Below the pieces are notes generated by a model. It worked only from the letters and a program-made list of their open reading frames with translations. It did not search any database and was not told the origin of the DNA. A DNA stretch of 64,000 nucleotides from Takakia lepidozioides (lineage: Eukaryota; Plantae; Bryophyta), in assembly GCA_030704615.1 (NCBI GenBank), contig CM060733.1, forward strand, positions 46,810,001 through 46,874,000, in the 5' to 3' direction. Every line of letters begins with the position of its first letter. Position 1 is the stretch's first letter. This document shows positions 26,773 through 39,877 of this stretch, piece after piece. A program made the position numbers and the translations under genes.

Positions 26773-28240
26773 TTATGGGCTGATTTCCCACCTATGCTGG
26801 GTAGACCCCACTATCATTTCCCGTGGATATGCCAAAACCAATGGCCAGCTTCTCACTGTGGTGGCAAAGAGAAAATTCCTTTTCTTCTCCCCCACATCAT
26901 GCAATACAAAGTGCCTGTCAGGCACATACCCTGCCTCTTTCATCTTCCCAGCCAATCTTCTCAACTCAGCATGGATTTCCTTAATTTTGGGATGCAACTT
27001 GTCATCTACAACAAAGGTGTGCACCCTGTTGCCAACCTCAATGCAGCAGCGACCTGGCTCGTTTCTAACCCCTTTGACCTTAATCATTCTTCTCACCTTT
27101 GCAGTATCATCCCACCTGCCAGCTGCAGCATAGATGTTTGAGAGCAACACATAAGTCGCGGCATCCTGTTCAGCCCACATGAGGATAGATGTTGCTGCAC
27201 ACGTTCAGCCATCTCCACATCGCCATGGATTCTGCAGGCACCAAGCAAGGCCTTCCACACCACAACACCTGGATTTAGGGGCATTTTATTAATCATGTCC
27301 ACTACCTCATCCGGTTGCCCCTCACGTCCAAGAAGGTCCACCATGCAGCCAAAGTGCTTTACTGTCGGAGTGGCACCATGATCTTGACTCAGGGAATCAA
27401 AGTAGCATCTTCCTTCATTCAGTAGGCCAGCGTGTCTGCATGCAGAGAGAACACATATAAAGGTGATATCAATGCTCGGCTTCAAACCGTTCTTTTGCAT
27501 TCCTTCAAATAGTTGCACGACCTCCCTATGACAACCATGCTGTGCATATCCTACGATCTTTGCATTCCACGACACCACATCTCGTTCAGCCATATTGTCG
27601 AACGCTCCCTTTACATCCTCCATGCACCCACATTTGGCATACATGTCCACCAGGGTAGTGTTCAGGATCACATCTGGTACAATTCCAGCTCTGACAATGT
27701 CGCCATGCACCTCTTCGCCCTTTTCCAGGGCTGCCAGGCTTGCACACAAACATGATGTGGTCGGGCTTCACCCCGTCGCACATCATTTGCTCATAGGTCT
27801 CCAAAGCCTCCATCCCATGTCCCTGCTGTGCATACCCTGCAAGCATCGCACTCCACGACACCACATCTCGTTCAGCCATAGTGTTGAACACGCCTTTTGC
27901 ATCCTCGATGCACCCACATTTTGCAAACATGTCCACCAGGGTCTTGTTCAAAATGACATCTGGTACAATTCCAGCTCTGAAGATGTCCCCATGCACCTCT
28001 TTCCCCTTTTTCAGAGCTGCAAGGGCGTGTTCAGATTGACATTTGGTACAATTCCAGCTTTGATGATATCCCCATGCACCTCTTTGCCCTTCTCCAGGGC
28101 TGCCAGGCTTGCACAAGCATTACAAATGCACACAAACATGATGTGCTTCCCCCATCATTTGCTCATAGGTCTCCAAAGCCTCCATCCCACGTCCCTACTG
28201 TGCATACCCTGCAAGCATCGCACTCCACGACACAACATCT
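26773..28240 (-). pseudogene. PLS-class PPR protein with E/E+ domain and start of DYW region (RNA-editing factor type), frameshifted
   Basis: HFGCMVDLLGR, VWKALLGACRIHG, YVLLSNIYAAAGRW, PG box PGRCCIEV..VHTFVV, GYVPD..FVLHDV. Confidence 0.9.
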
Positions 28241-30540
28241 CAGCATACTTTTTCCAAAAAGCCAAGCAAAGGCAGGCTTCAACTTCAATTTCCTCCTTAA
28301 GGGGCCCCTCGGGCTCAATGGTTTCCACTCCAAAAGAAATGGCTGAGGTGGCCTCTGTTTATTTCTCTAACCTATTCAAGCAAAGGGTCTATCAGCCATC
28401 CTTTTTGGCCAGTCGTGCTTATGGAGTTCCTCCAGGCCATTGAAAGTTTGAGTCCTCTTAAAGCCCCAGGTCTGGACGGAATTTCGATTGAGTTCTTCAA
28501 AATCCTCTGGCAGGAAGTAGGTGAGGATTTCTTGGCCATGGCCAATGATGTCATCCTCAAAGGGATCTTTCCCTCTCAAATAGTGCAAGGGTTGATAACT
28601 CTTATCTATAAGAAAGGGGATAGGGGATTGATTTGTAATTACAGACCAATAACCCTTCTCTCCTCGGTTTACAAAATAATTGCCAAGGCATTAGCCATGA
28701 GGCTACAGCCCTTGCTTCCGAAGATTATTCGCCCAGAGCAGTTTGGCTTCATTAAAAACCGCTCGATCCTTGATAATATATTGCTAGCCAACGAGGCTTT
28801 GCATCAAGCCCACATCAATAACCAGCCGTTGGCTATGCTTATGTTAGACTTTGAAAAAGCCTTTGATAATGTAGATTGGCCTTTTCTCTTCGAGGCTTTG
28901 GAAAAAATAGGCATTAATGGTTCTTTCTTGGCTTGGGTGAAAATTCTCCTGCAGTCTGCCTCTAGTAGAGTAGCGGTGAATGGAGCGTTGTCTTCCTCCT
29001 TCCCCCTTTACTGTCAGGCAGGGATGCCCTCTAGCCCCCTTTCTTTTCGTTATCGCTGCAGATGGACTGGGACATCTTTTGGAAGCTGCAGACGGTGTGA
29101 AGGGATTGGCAGTCCCCAAGTCCATGCCCTCTTCGTACTTGATCAAGGCCTCTCTTTACGCTGATGATACGACTGGGTGAATGCAGGGTTGACTGGACCA
29201 AAATGGACGTTACCAGCACAGTTTTAGATGACTGCAATTGATGGTGTCATCAATTGAAATTGAATTAACTCATTAAAACCAAAAAATATATATGTCATTG
29301 GATTCCTAGCTTCAATACGCACCCATAGCAACTCTCCAATCATGAATCCGATAAGAAATGACTCCGCTATGGACTATTGAACACCGTCATTGTGGACTGT
29401 TACCGCAATGATTGGAATTACAATGGACTCAAGTTCTCCTATGTGCCATTGGTGAATTCCATTGAAATTTGGACATAAAGTGGCCATTTTGGTCCACATC
29501 ATAGGTATGTATTTGAAGTGGAAAAATCATTTGTCATTTGACTCATATGGACTAATATATGTAAAAAAAAATAGGCGTTTTTTGAAAAGTCCATAGCTTA
29601 TCTTGTTTTTTGGATTTTGGGTGTCATTTTTTTCTGGAAGTATAAAAACCTATAATCTTCAATGGCTAGGTGTCATATTGAAATGTTTTTGTAAACTCTA
29701 ATTTTTAGTTTTTCATAATTTCTCTAAATAATAGACTAAAATGTTTAATGAATTATATCTTTAATATTTGGGGTAGGACTCTTGACTAAATATGTTCAGT
29801 ATACCATTATCTATCATCAAAAAAATATTTTGGGATAGTATCATCAACTTTTGTTTTTTGGTCATGGATTTTCATGGAGCAGGATCTGCTGTTTTTGGTC
29901 CACTCAACCCTGCAACTGCCCGACTTTTTTGATTGACAACACCTCCTTGATGAACGTTACTAGTGCGTTGAACGTCATGTATTCCTTCTGCGAGGCTTCG
30001 GGGTTATCTATTAACTAGGGAAAATCTGTGGGTATTCTATCCCGGCTCCAAAATCCTGGAGCTGATGCGCACTATGCCCCCTGGGGTAGCGACTTGGGCC
30101 TCGTATGGTTCGACGATGGGCAAGCACATATTGTGCTAGGTCAGCCAGTAGGGCACGATATTTCTGACATGCAGCGATATGGCCTGGTTCTGGCTAGGAT
30201 CAAAACAAAGCTGGTTTTTTGGTGCTCCGCACACTTGTCATTTACAGGGAGAGCGTTGGTGGTTAATGAGGTCCTTTTCCAGTCTTCTTGGTTCAGTTCC
30301 TCGGCATGGTCTCCTGGCTCTGTCATGATCAAGCAAATGAAGGCTCTGGTCCGTAACTTCCTTGGGATGCTTCATCTCCTGCAAACAATCGTCGGGCGCT
30401 TGTTAGTTGGTCACAGATCATTCAAAAAAAGAAGTTTGGTGGACTGGGGATTATTGACCCCCAGGCTCAAGTGATAGCTCTCTTGGCGAAATGGGTGCCT
30501 AGAATTTTCTTGGACCTCTCTGCTCCTTGGAGCCTGTCTA
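28241..30540 (+). mobile_element. L1-type LINE ORF2 (RT) fragment
   Basis: KAPGLDG, NYRPITLL, LDFEKAFD, RQGCPLAP, YADD, ASGLSIN.GKS, GGLG. Interrupted at YADDT by a MITE. Confidence 0.9.
29175..29921. mobile_element. 747-bp AT-rich non-autonomous TIR element (MITE-like)
   Basis: TIR GGG.(4).TGCAGGGTTGASTGGACCAAAA at both ends; GACT duplicated at 29171-74 and 29922-25; removal restores the LINE frame. Confidence 0.85.
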
Positions 30541-30980
30541 TGCAGGATTTTCTAGAGTTTTGGAATTATCTAGATGTGGATTGTGTATAATGATTTTTTA
30601 GCTATTGATGGACACTTTCTATTAGCACATTGATTGAGACATGTCACAAGGGGAGATCTCCCTTGCTTTCAAGTGTATGCAAGATTTCCTAGAGTTTTGG
30701 AAATATTGCTTGGACCGGATCGTCTGTAATATTGTTTTAGTTGTGAATGGACATTATGTATTAGCACATTCACCGAGACGGATCTCAAGGGGGATCTCCC
30801 TTACTTCTGTATATGCAAGGAACTTTTCTAGAGTTTTGGAATTATCTAGATGTGGATCCTTTGTAATGGTGTTTTAGCTGTGGATGGAGAGATCTGACAC
30901 ATTGATTGAGCTACATGGCATATTGGTTGAGATGTTTTACTAGGGGTGATTTCCCCTCCTTGAGTGTATGCAGGATTTTC

Positions 30981-30983
<3 letters not shown>
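30535..30983. repeat. Diverged tandem repeat of about 140 bp
   Basis: tatgcaggattttctagagttttggaattatctagatgtggat recurs about 3 times. Confidence 0.65.

Positions 30984-31011
<28 letters not shown>
30984..31011. repeat. (TA)n microsatellite
   Basis: Direct reading of the sequence. Confidence 0.95.
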
Positions 31012-31094
31012 TTCACTTATATTTGTATTCATTGTTACTATTTATATAATATATATTACATATTGAATATAATTGTTATTCTTGGACTTTTAAA

Positions 31095-31854
31095 AGTCTA
31101 GATCTACTTAAGACTGAGTTAAGTGCAATCTCCTATGTATCGAAGTGCTTCTCCCATGTAGAGGCCAAGTGCGACCTCCAATGTCTAATGTCATCTAAGT
31201 CCAAGTGCAATCCCCTATGCATCCATAGACCCTACAGTTTGGGAGATCTCCACGTCATTGTTCCAACAAACCCCGCTGTGCTATTTTTGCAATCTCCCCT
31301 GTCGAGGCTTCATATATTGATAGATCCACTTTGCTATTTTTTGCGAATTTCCAGCGACCAAAAGTACTTGAAAGTCCATATCTGGACCACATGAAGGGCC
31401 AATCATTGCTCCAGGAAATCCCGCTTTGCTATTTTTCCCGAATTTTCAAAGACCAAAAGTACTTGAGATTCCATATCTCCCACACCGCGCGTCCAAAAAT
31501 CATGAGACCAAGCCTGTGCCATTGGCCCAAGTGTCAATCTCCTATGTATCCAAGTGTGTCTCCCATGTAGAGGCCTAAGTGCGACCTCCATTGTCCAATG
31601 TCATCTAGGTCCAAGTGCATTCCCATATGCATTTTAGAGACCATGTGGTAATGGGCACATACCACGTTGGATGTGGTTGTGGGTTCAAACCACGGTCTGG
31701 TATATCATGAAGGTGTCCACCTTTCAACTGGAAGGCAGTAGCCCTTGTGGTGAAGAGACACCATAATTTACGCTCCCTTTGGGAGACGTCTATATATATA
31801 TACAGTACTTTGGGAGATCTCCACGTCATTGTTCCAACAAAGCCCACTTTGCTA
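31095..31854 (-). mobile_element. Non-autonomous Helitron-family sequence (continues at 48382 after the CACTA insertion)
   Basis: Same repeats as 48382-55697; aaagcccactttgcta|tttttgcaatctccc is split by the CACTA element. Confidence 0.7.
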
Positions 31855-32524
31855 CACTACAACAGAACGCGGTATATCTGACTGTGAGGCCGCGGTAGTC
31901 ATGGTTTTCCTGACTTTGACCATGACTTCCCTATATTTTTGGACCAAATGGGGCTTCACGTAGTCGTTGAAATGACTGCGTGACTACGTAGTCCTCTGGG
32001 TGACTACGTTGGTAGACTTCGTCATGACTACATGGCTCCGCACTAGATGGAAGGTTGGTCAATGATGGTTGACTAGCGCAAGCTCACCACCAAACAGTCG
32101 TTGGAATGGCTTCTAGTGTGAAGCTTGGTAGCCAAAAGGTTAATTTTTTATAAAAAAAGTTGCTTATAGGGTTGCCCATTAGAGGGCCGGGACTTAGTTT
32201 TTTTTCTTTTTTCTCCTGCGCGGTTTCTTAGTATCGAGCTGTTGTGTCATGGAACGCGAGGATCGCAGGATAGGGCGTGGGATGGAGGCTTTGTATTGAG
32301 CTACTGACGCGGGGCGAAGCGCAATCTACACCGCAACCGCAATGGGCTCTTGGCTCCTGTTATCTTGGGAGAGTCAGCTTGGCTTGGCAGTCCGTGTTTC
32401 AATTTTACCTTAGTGGAAAAGGGTAAAATGTCCATGGTGACATTGTCAAATTTAGGGTATCCAGAAACAGATGTGGTAGTATTGAGGATACAAAGGGAGT
32501 GTTTGAGAATATGGCTGAACGAAC

Positions 32525-33333
32525 CTAGAGTGTGATGATCGCGGGATATGCCCTAGCATGGATGCGGGATGGAGGCATTGGAGACCTATGAGCAAATGAT
32601 GTGGGAAGGGTAAAGGCAAACCTGGTCACGTTTGTTTGTAGATGCAATGCATGTGCGAGCCTGGCAGCCCTGGAAAGGGCAAAGAGGTCCATGCTGATAT
32701 CATCAGAGTTGGAATTGTACGAGATGTCATTCCGAACGATACCCTGGTAGACATGTATGCCAAATGTGGCAGCATCGAAGCTGCAAAGAGAAGGCAAATA
32801 CTACTTCCATTGAGCGTTTTCATCTATCTTCCTAGTGCAGATGCTTGGGTGTAACACAGTACAACACAATCCCTGTTTTATGAACGAGCGTTGATCATGT
32901 GGATTTGAAGATGGCAGGATTCTTCTTTGACTTGTTTAGAGTGGGGGTCCAGATTCATCTAAGAAGGTCGGGTTTCAAGCTCTAGATTACCTATCATTCC
33001 CTGAGGAAGGACAAGTACAAGAAACAGATGGTCAAGTGGAAGCCGCATCAGCAGCGGCACAATTGATAAAATCAGGCATTGTTAATGAAGGCACCTTCTT
33101 CAACACATTTCACTTGTTTTTCCCTCTTATCACAGTTGGCACTTTATTTTCATGTTCAATAGCTACAAGAAACCTGCATGGGTAGATGGTCAACTGGAAG
33201 CTGCAGTAGCAGCGACGAAATTGATAAAATCAGGCATTGCTAATGAAGGCACCTTCTTCAACACATTTCACCCTGTTTTTCCCTCTTATCAGTAGCGGCT
33301 CTAAATTTTCATGTTGAATTCTGCAAGTTAGCT
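32525..33333 (+). pseudogene. Captured PPR and PDF-motif fragments
   Basis: EVHADIIRVG...LVDMYAKCGSIEAA, then PDF-module copies; the module resumes at 46041-46410. Confidence 0.75.
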
Positions 33334-33574
33334 GGTTGAGTGAGGTTTGCTATTTCATGAGCATGAGCGGCATGAGCGGCATGAGCAGAGTAGTAAGACA
33401 ATCGGTTTTCATGAGCAGAAGTACAAATTTCGAAAATAAAAAACAATAATTTAATGCAATGTGTCAGGAAAAACAAATATAATATTCGGCCCCTTGAAGG
33501 GAAAATTGCAGTTTTGACAGTTGTGCTCATGATATTTCGTCTTCCGCTCATGCCAATTCCTAGCGACATGTGCA

Positions 33575-34012
33575 AATATGGCGCCGAATTTCGCGGTAAT
33601 AGGGTCCGTAACCTGAAAAAACGGCGACGTATTTCGCGGTAATAGGTCTCTCTGGCGAAAAATGGTGCCGAATTCCGCAGCTATAGGTCCTCTCATGACA
33701 GGTAATTCGGCGCCATTTTTCCAGTGCATGTTCGGACTTAGCCAGTTTTCGGCGCAAAATAGGGAATTTCGGCGCCATTTTTCCAGACACTGTACCAGTG
33801 CATGTTGGGACTTAGCCAGTTTTCGGCCCAAAAAAGAGAAATTCGGTGCCATTTTTCCAGACACAGTACCAGTGCATGTTGGGACTTAGCCAGTTTTCGG
33901 CCCCAAAAAGGGAAATTCGGCGCCATTTTCCCAGACACAGGTACCAGTGCATGTTGGGACTTAGCCAGTTTTCGGCCCCAAAAAAAGAAATTCGGCGCCA
34001 TTTTTCCAGAAA
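33575..34012. repeat. Array 1: about 74-bp tandem units with AATTCGGCGCCATTTT and GGACTTAGCC motifs
   Basis: About 4 full units (33720-34010) plus degenerate motif copies. Confidence 0.9.
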
Positions 34013-34158
34013 TGGCCCCACAACTGTTGGATCTCAGTTTGAATGGAATATTGCCTCATTCCAGGAGTTTTGGGGTGCATTTCATTACACTGCAAAAAAA
34101 AGTTTGATACAGCAAAATGCATTTGAAAATATCCATATGGAGGATTCCCTTTGCCCCA

Positions 34159-37100
34159 TCAATGATTTCTGGAATCCCTAAGGAGGAGTTTGTGCAGCTC
34201 GTTCACGCTCAACGCCGGTGCATGAATAAAGTCATCAATAGTCACGTTCATCCTCAACCTCTTCAGGTAAATGTAATACAGATGCTTGCACGGATAATAC
34301 TTCGAACCCTTCTTTGCTTCCATCAACGAGAAGTCCGTACAATTGCAAGTCGGCTCCACTCCAATCGTAATTGTGTATACATCGTCGCGTACAGCCGAGC
34401 CGGCCGTTGCCATCCGATACACACGCCCAAGGCCGGGTGGGGGTACGTCCACGGAGCTCTGAATAGTGCAAGCCATCCCAAGAGCATTGGCAATCCGAGT
34501 CTCATTCAACTTGTTGGGAGGGTGTCGTCTCTTCACTCTTCCGAATCGCATTGTGGGATGTGCAGAATTGTCCAATCCGTCTCTACTGGACCGAGCAGTC
34601 TGCAATGGCTGGGTCTGAGGAACCGGAAATGCGTGGGCCGGGATGTCTGTGCGTTGCACCATTCGAAATCCTGCTGCAGATAGAGCATCCGCCTCATTCT
34701 GAGAGAGGCTGCAACCCGGTGCAACAGGCCAGACGCCCGGAGTCTCCGGCATTCCCTGAATCCCGTACTTGGGCTTGCCAAATACACAGGTCATTATGTC
34801 GTGCCTACAAAACCAAAATGTCTGCGTTGTGGCGTGAGCAAATGTGGGAGTCAAAAATCTGCCGCTGAAACAAGGTGCAGGTACAGCACCGTGTGGGTTC
34901 CTCCGAATCATCTCACCACAGCGTGCTCTCGTATCCACCCGGATGGCGCAGCACTTCCCTCGAAATGCCGACAATGTCCTCGCAATTCTCCACTGTGACT
35001 CCGACACTCTTGTCTCTACAATGGGAATGTTGTACTGCTTTACTACAGATGGCTCGTTATGTTGCCGGGGCACGCGCCCTGTGCTCAAAGGAGATGGCGA
35101 TCTTGAACGTGCAGGACTTGCGGTGCTCGACGAGACCTCCTCGGGCAACATCACCGGACCACGAGGGAGCGTGCGAATATTCTTGTCAGCTCGCCATGAA
35201 TCATCTTCTCCGCCAGGTGCCTCGTCAAGTCTTCGTCTCACCGGACGGGTATGAACATCTCCTTCCAAATGTTGGCCTCTTCGCAGCAATGGCGTGTCCC
35301 GAAGGCCCTCTCGCAAGGCCGCCGCCCACTTCCGAGGATTCTTCGATCTAGAGGCAGTCCGCATCAGCATTTCCTGCATGTCCGGCCCCAAGCCCCACTG
35401 TTTCCCTTTCAAGAACTCGTTGTACCTGCATTGCTGCATAATTGACCTCACAATGTCCTCCGTTGTGGCAGTGAGGATGTCCACCAGATGCGCTGCAGAG
35501 GAGGCACGCCAGGAAGAGTGCACTGATTCGGCCATGTTTGTCGTGGGCATGTCGGTGTCGGAGTCGAGACACATTTCCTGCACAAGCACATGTTCAGGTT
35601 ACAAGCAAGTTACAAATATGGCCAAGAATAATATTCAACGGGACGCGAATTCGTGCAACTCACCTCCCGCATATAGTCGCCGAACTGGAGGAAACGATAA
35701 TGCCACCATGCTAGCCAACTGACCATTGCTCCCTCGTCTGATTTCCTTACAGCACCTGACGATGTCCACCAAGCCCGTATGCATGCAAACTGTGTCTCTG
35801 CATCATCCAAGGTGGGAGCGCGCTTCCACGCAAGGCACATGGAACGGTGCTCCTCTCTGAAATCTGGTGCCACGAGCCTGGTTGTGTACTGCGAAAGGCT
35901 CTGCAGAAAATGGAACCCACAAGATCTCTCTTTGCTTTCCATGGGGACATTGGGGTCTTGCCCGTACATCCTTCGGATGGCAGCCCAATTTGCTTGTGCG
36001 TTGTCCGCCATGAAACCACGGAAATTCGGAGGGGGCAATCCCGCCTTGGCCATCTGTTCGTTTATTCCCTGCCAAAGAAGCATCTCCGATTGTGTGTCCT
36101 CTCCTTTCATCTCACAAATACCAATTGTCATTAGCATCCTACAGTGGATGTCGTAGACATGTGCACCCATTGTCACCCACTGGTGATTTGTAATTCGCTT
36201 GATATGGTCGAACATGACCCAACTGTTTGACAAGTTCCCACTCGTCATCCTGTCGACCAGTTCAACGCCGCTGCCAGGTCCACACGTGGACATTTTGAAT
36301 ACAAAACAACGATCTGCCTCAGTCCATTGTCCTGGAAACCTACTTCCATGAATGTAGTCATATCCACATCATCGCTTCACCTCCAGAATGGAGTGCATAT
36401 CCGAGCCACGCCCAATTTTCTGTTTGCATGAGACAATGTGGTTTCGGACATTCGGTGAACATACGTGGGACACCGACTCCAGCAATGCCTCCATTTCCTT
36501 CTCGTCGAGAGGAACTCTATCGGAGCCGTCTTCCGACATAATTCTGGCCAATGCCATCTTATGGGCGGCTTGGAGCTGTATCTGTTTGGGTTTGGCACCC
36601 GGTCTCAACTTAACCTCCTCCTGAACGAGCTGCTCTGCTTCGTGGGCAGCCTCCCGCGAGTTCCCCCTCGCCAATTTGTGACAATGGGAACCAACGTGTA
36701 TGTAAGCTCGGGTGAGGTCAGGGAAACGGTGCAACACATAGAACTGCTTGGCATTACAAACAGACATGCAGTGTGGTGGTTCTTTGCAATGCGCACACTT
36801 AAATGTGGAGTTCGGAACCTTCTCCTAAGCTCAAAATGGTTGATGAGCTGTGCCTGTCCAATCGGTCTCGTTCCTGTGACCTCTGGATTTAAAGTGGAAG
36901 CAAGTTGGGGAGAAACACCGCAACGCGCCCGCACAAACAACATAGCGCACCCGCACACCATCGAGCATCTTCATGCTGGTGGTTTTGGTAACGCACCAAG
37001 GATGACCGTCATGTTTTCTATCCATATCTGTCAACATTCCGGACGCCCTCGAGTAGTCCGCCCGAGGAGGGAACTCAAAGAAGATATTACCGTCGACGTC

Positions 37101-37766
37101 GGCGGGAAGACATATAACCGATTTAATTGCGAACTTGCTGTAGTCCAGCCCGGCCAGCTCCGACCGGTGTCCCTCCAGGTGAAGCCCTCGCAGAATTTCA
37201 AGAATAGATTGAACTGCGGTGCTCGTGCTGGGAATATGACTCCCTCCTCCACTGACGTCCATTGAGGACTTGCCTGATCTCTAGGACGACCTCGGAACTT
37301 CCATGACCTCGTCTGAGTCGGACAGGTTGTGAACAACCCGGTTCTCGCTCGTCTTCATGGATGGGTTCGGCTCTGGATTTACTTCGTTGCGGACTTCTCT
37401 CTTTGAGGTAGCCACTCTCTGATTCGCGGATTGTTTCGTGGAAGGCGCCAGGATAGAAGGTGCATTTGGCGGGCAAATGAAGTCCCCAACAGCCCTGTAA
37501 ATGACGCTGTTCGATGGTGGAACTCGCCATTCCCTGCCATCGCCGAAATCATCGTGGAGCACAACAATACTCTCGACAACAAGGCCGTTAGAGTCCTTCC
37601 TTTCCTCCTCCAAAAAAACCGACCCCGGTTTCAGGTGGTATCGAACGCACAGATATTTCTCCATCACACGGCAGGTGTCCCCTCTGCACGGAAATGAAGC
37701 TCTATGCTCGTGAGGAGGGCAGTACACTGTAGCGCTCGGGTTTTCCGCCATGGGAGATGTGCACAC
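34159..37766 (-). pseudogene. Mutator-like transposase (about 1170 aa): GCM-like Zn finger, DDE core, SWIM; 2 exons, 4 in-frame stops
   Basis: ORFs 37766-37281, 37262-36831, 36767-36369 and 36293- share one frame. Motifs: HPWC..TTS..RYVVCAGALRC..C...CAHC..C..C...HVGSHCH; MFDH; MADN; CGFH; MAESVH; CNCTDF..PCKH. Intron at about 35580-35662. Confidence 0.87.
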
Positions 37767-38044
37767 AAGACTGCCAGGATGGCGTGCGGGGAAGCTCCTT
37801 GGTAGAAGGGGGATGCAGCGATGGGAATGAATGCGATGCCGATTTGTCCGAGCGACGAAGCCTGATCCAAATCCAGGGAGCCAACTATCTCAAAAATCCA
37901 CAGTCAGAGTGTTAATGACCCTTGTATCCGGAATGCGGCCCCTGGTCTTTGCGCAATAACTGCCAACGGTATGCAGTCAGAAAGTGCCGTCCGGATGATG
38001 ACGGTTGAAGGGGAGAAGCCGGCACCGTGCCGTCACATTACTAC

Positions 38045-39075
38045 CCCCGAATGGAAATTCGGCACCCAATATCCAACAGGGGAAGCCCGGATGAAGTCGC
38101 CTCGGGCGCAGAGGCCGGTGCGTGTGCGACAGAGAACATCCCCTGGATGGAGATTCGGCGCCGAATTTCCATCCGGGCCCCCCAAAGGAAGTCGTGTCGG
38201 GGGGTCAGGCCGAAAACTGGCCGGCATAAAAACATCCCCAGATGGAAAAACGGCGCCGAATTTCCATCCGGGGCGGTTCGGATGCAGTCGGGGAGGGGGG
38301 AGAGGCCGGCACTTGGCCGTCACATTTCAACCCCCGGACGGAAATTCGGCACCGAATATCGAACAGGGGACGCCCGGATGAAGTCGCCTCGGGCGTAGAG
38401 GTCGGCACGTGTTCGACAGAGAGCATCCCCTGGATGGAGATTCGGCGCCAATTTCCATCCGTGCCCCCCCAAAGGAAGTCTTGTCGGGGGGTCAGACCGA
38501 AAACTGGCCGACATTATTTCGATCCATCCGGGATTCCAGTTACCTGCTGGATGGAAATGCGGCGCCGAATTTCCATCCATCCGGGATTCCACTTACCTGC
38601 TGGATGGAAATTCGGCGCCGGATTTCCATCCATCCGGGATTCGAATTACATGCAGGATGGAAATTCGGCGCCGGATCTCCATCCATCCGCTCTCCGCCCA
38701 ACCTTGCGGATGGAAATCCGGCGCCGGATTTCCATCCATCCGCTTCTGAATTACTTGCGTGAGGGGAATTTGGCGCGCCGCCCTACCTGCGCGGATGGAA
38801 ATCCGGCGCCGGATTTCCATCCGCGCGCTTCTGAAATACCTGCGTGAGGGAAATTTGGCGCGCCGCCCTACCTGCGCGGATGGAAATCCGGCGCCGGATT
38901 TCCATCCATCCGCTTCTGAATTACCTGCTTGAGGGAAATTTCCAGCTCCGCCCTACCTTGCTGGATGGAAATTCGGCGCTGAATTTCCATCGTGTTGCGC
39001 TCCGAATTACCTGCAGGATGGAAATCCATTCCATCGTGCAGCGCTCCGAATTACCTCTACGTTGGAAATTCCGGG
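38045..39075. repeat. Array 2: intergenic array of GGATGGAAAT(T/C)CGGCGCCG(G/A)ATTTCCATCC palindromes
   Basis: About 10 perfect or near-perfect palindromes; perfect ones at 38708-38737, 38789-38826 and 38878-38907; 53-54 bp then 85 bp periodicity. Confidence 0.95.
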
Positions 39076-39877
39076 CCTCTTTACGTCGATTTTCATCCGA
39101 CATGGAGGTCTTCATCCGACATTTAATTGCGCAGTTGGGCAATAAATGTCGACCGCCGTCGGTTTTCATTCGGACTGGCGACGCATGGCTTCCTGGATAC
39201 GTACCCTAAATCTCATGCTAATGTTGGCTTAACATGCTATTCGAGGCATGTACCCCAAAAAAGGAGATTTTTTTGGCTGGGACTTATGCCGCCTGAAGGG
39301 CGTGGCTCTCCTGAGAGAGACCTCACATCCAGACCGCGGCGGAAGTTGAAAGCTCTGTACTACGGACGACGGCCAATCTCTCGCATGGCCAAACTGAAGC
39401 TCCAGCAGGAGATTCCAGTGTCTTGCTCACAACCTGCGCCAACTGAAGCCGAGTACTCTCAGGCAAGACACTTCTGCTTTCGGTTTGTTCGATTTCTTTT
39501 TTGCTTTCGCTTTGTTACCTCGCTTTGTTTTTGCATCTTCATCCTGGCTTCGCTGGATGAGTGAACTTTAGATAGTTGAGTGAACCTTAGATTGTTTGCA
39601 ATGCGTGTGCAAATCCGGCAGCTCTGGAGAAGGCTGCTTGTGCATGTCATTCTCAGGCAATGGTTGCATTTGTTTTCATTGTTGTTGCATGGCTCTCCAT
39701 ACTTCCTAAACTTGTTATGTTTTCATTTTTGCTACACGATTGTTGCTATGGTGGTTGCGCTGCTCGTTGCGATGCTGGTTTTTGCACCGATGTTGGTTTT
39801 CACGATTTTTGTCAGACAGAGTGACGACGAGCTCAGCACGCTGGTAGTATCATCGACAGCTCCAACTCATCGCATGT

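Noticed and set aside
27595-28443. 282-aa plus-strand ORF
   Set aside because: It is the antisense of the PPR pseudogene running into the LINE fragment.
33451-34181. Overlapping short ORFs here and at 37971-39209 and 42913-43466
   Set aside because: They are translations of GC-rich tandem repeats with no protein-like features.
38520-39000. CRISPR-like array of palindromic 30-bp repeats with spacers
   Set aside because: The spacers are similar to each other (tandem duplication), no cas genes are present, and the context is eukaryotic.
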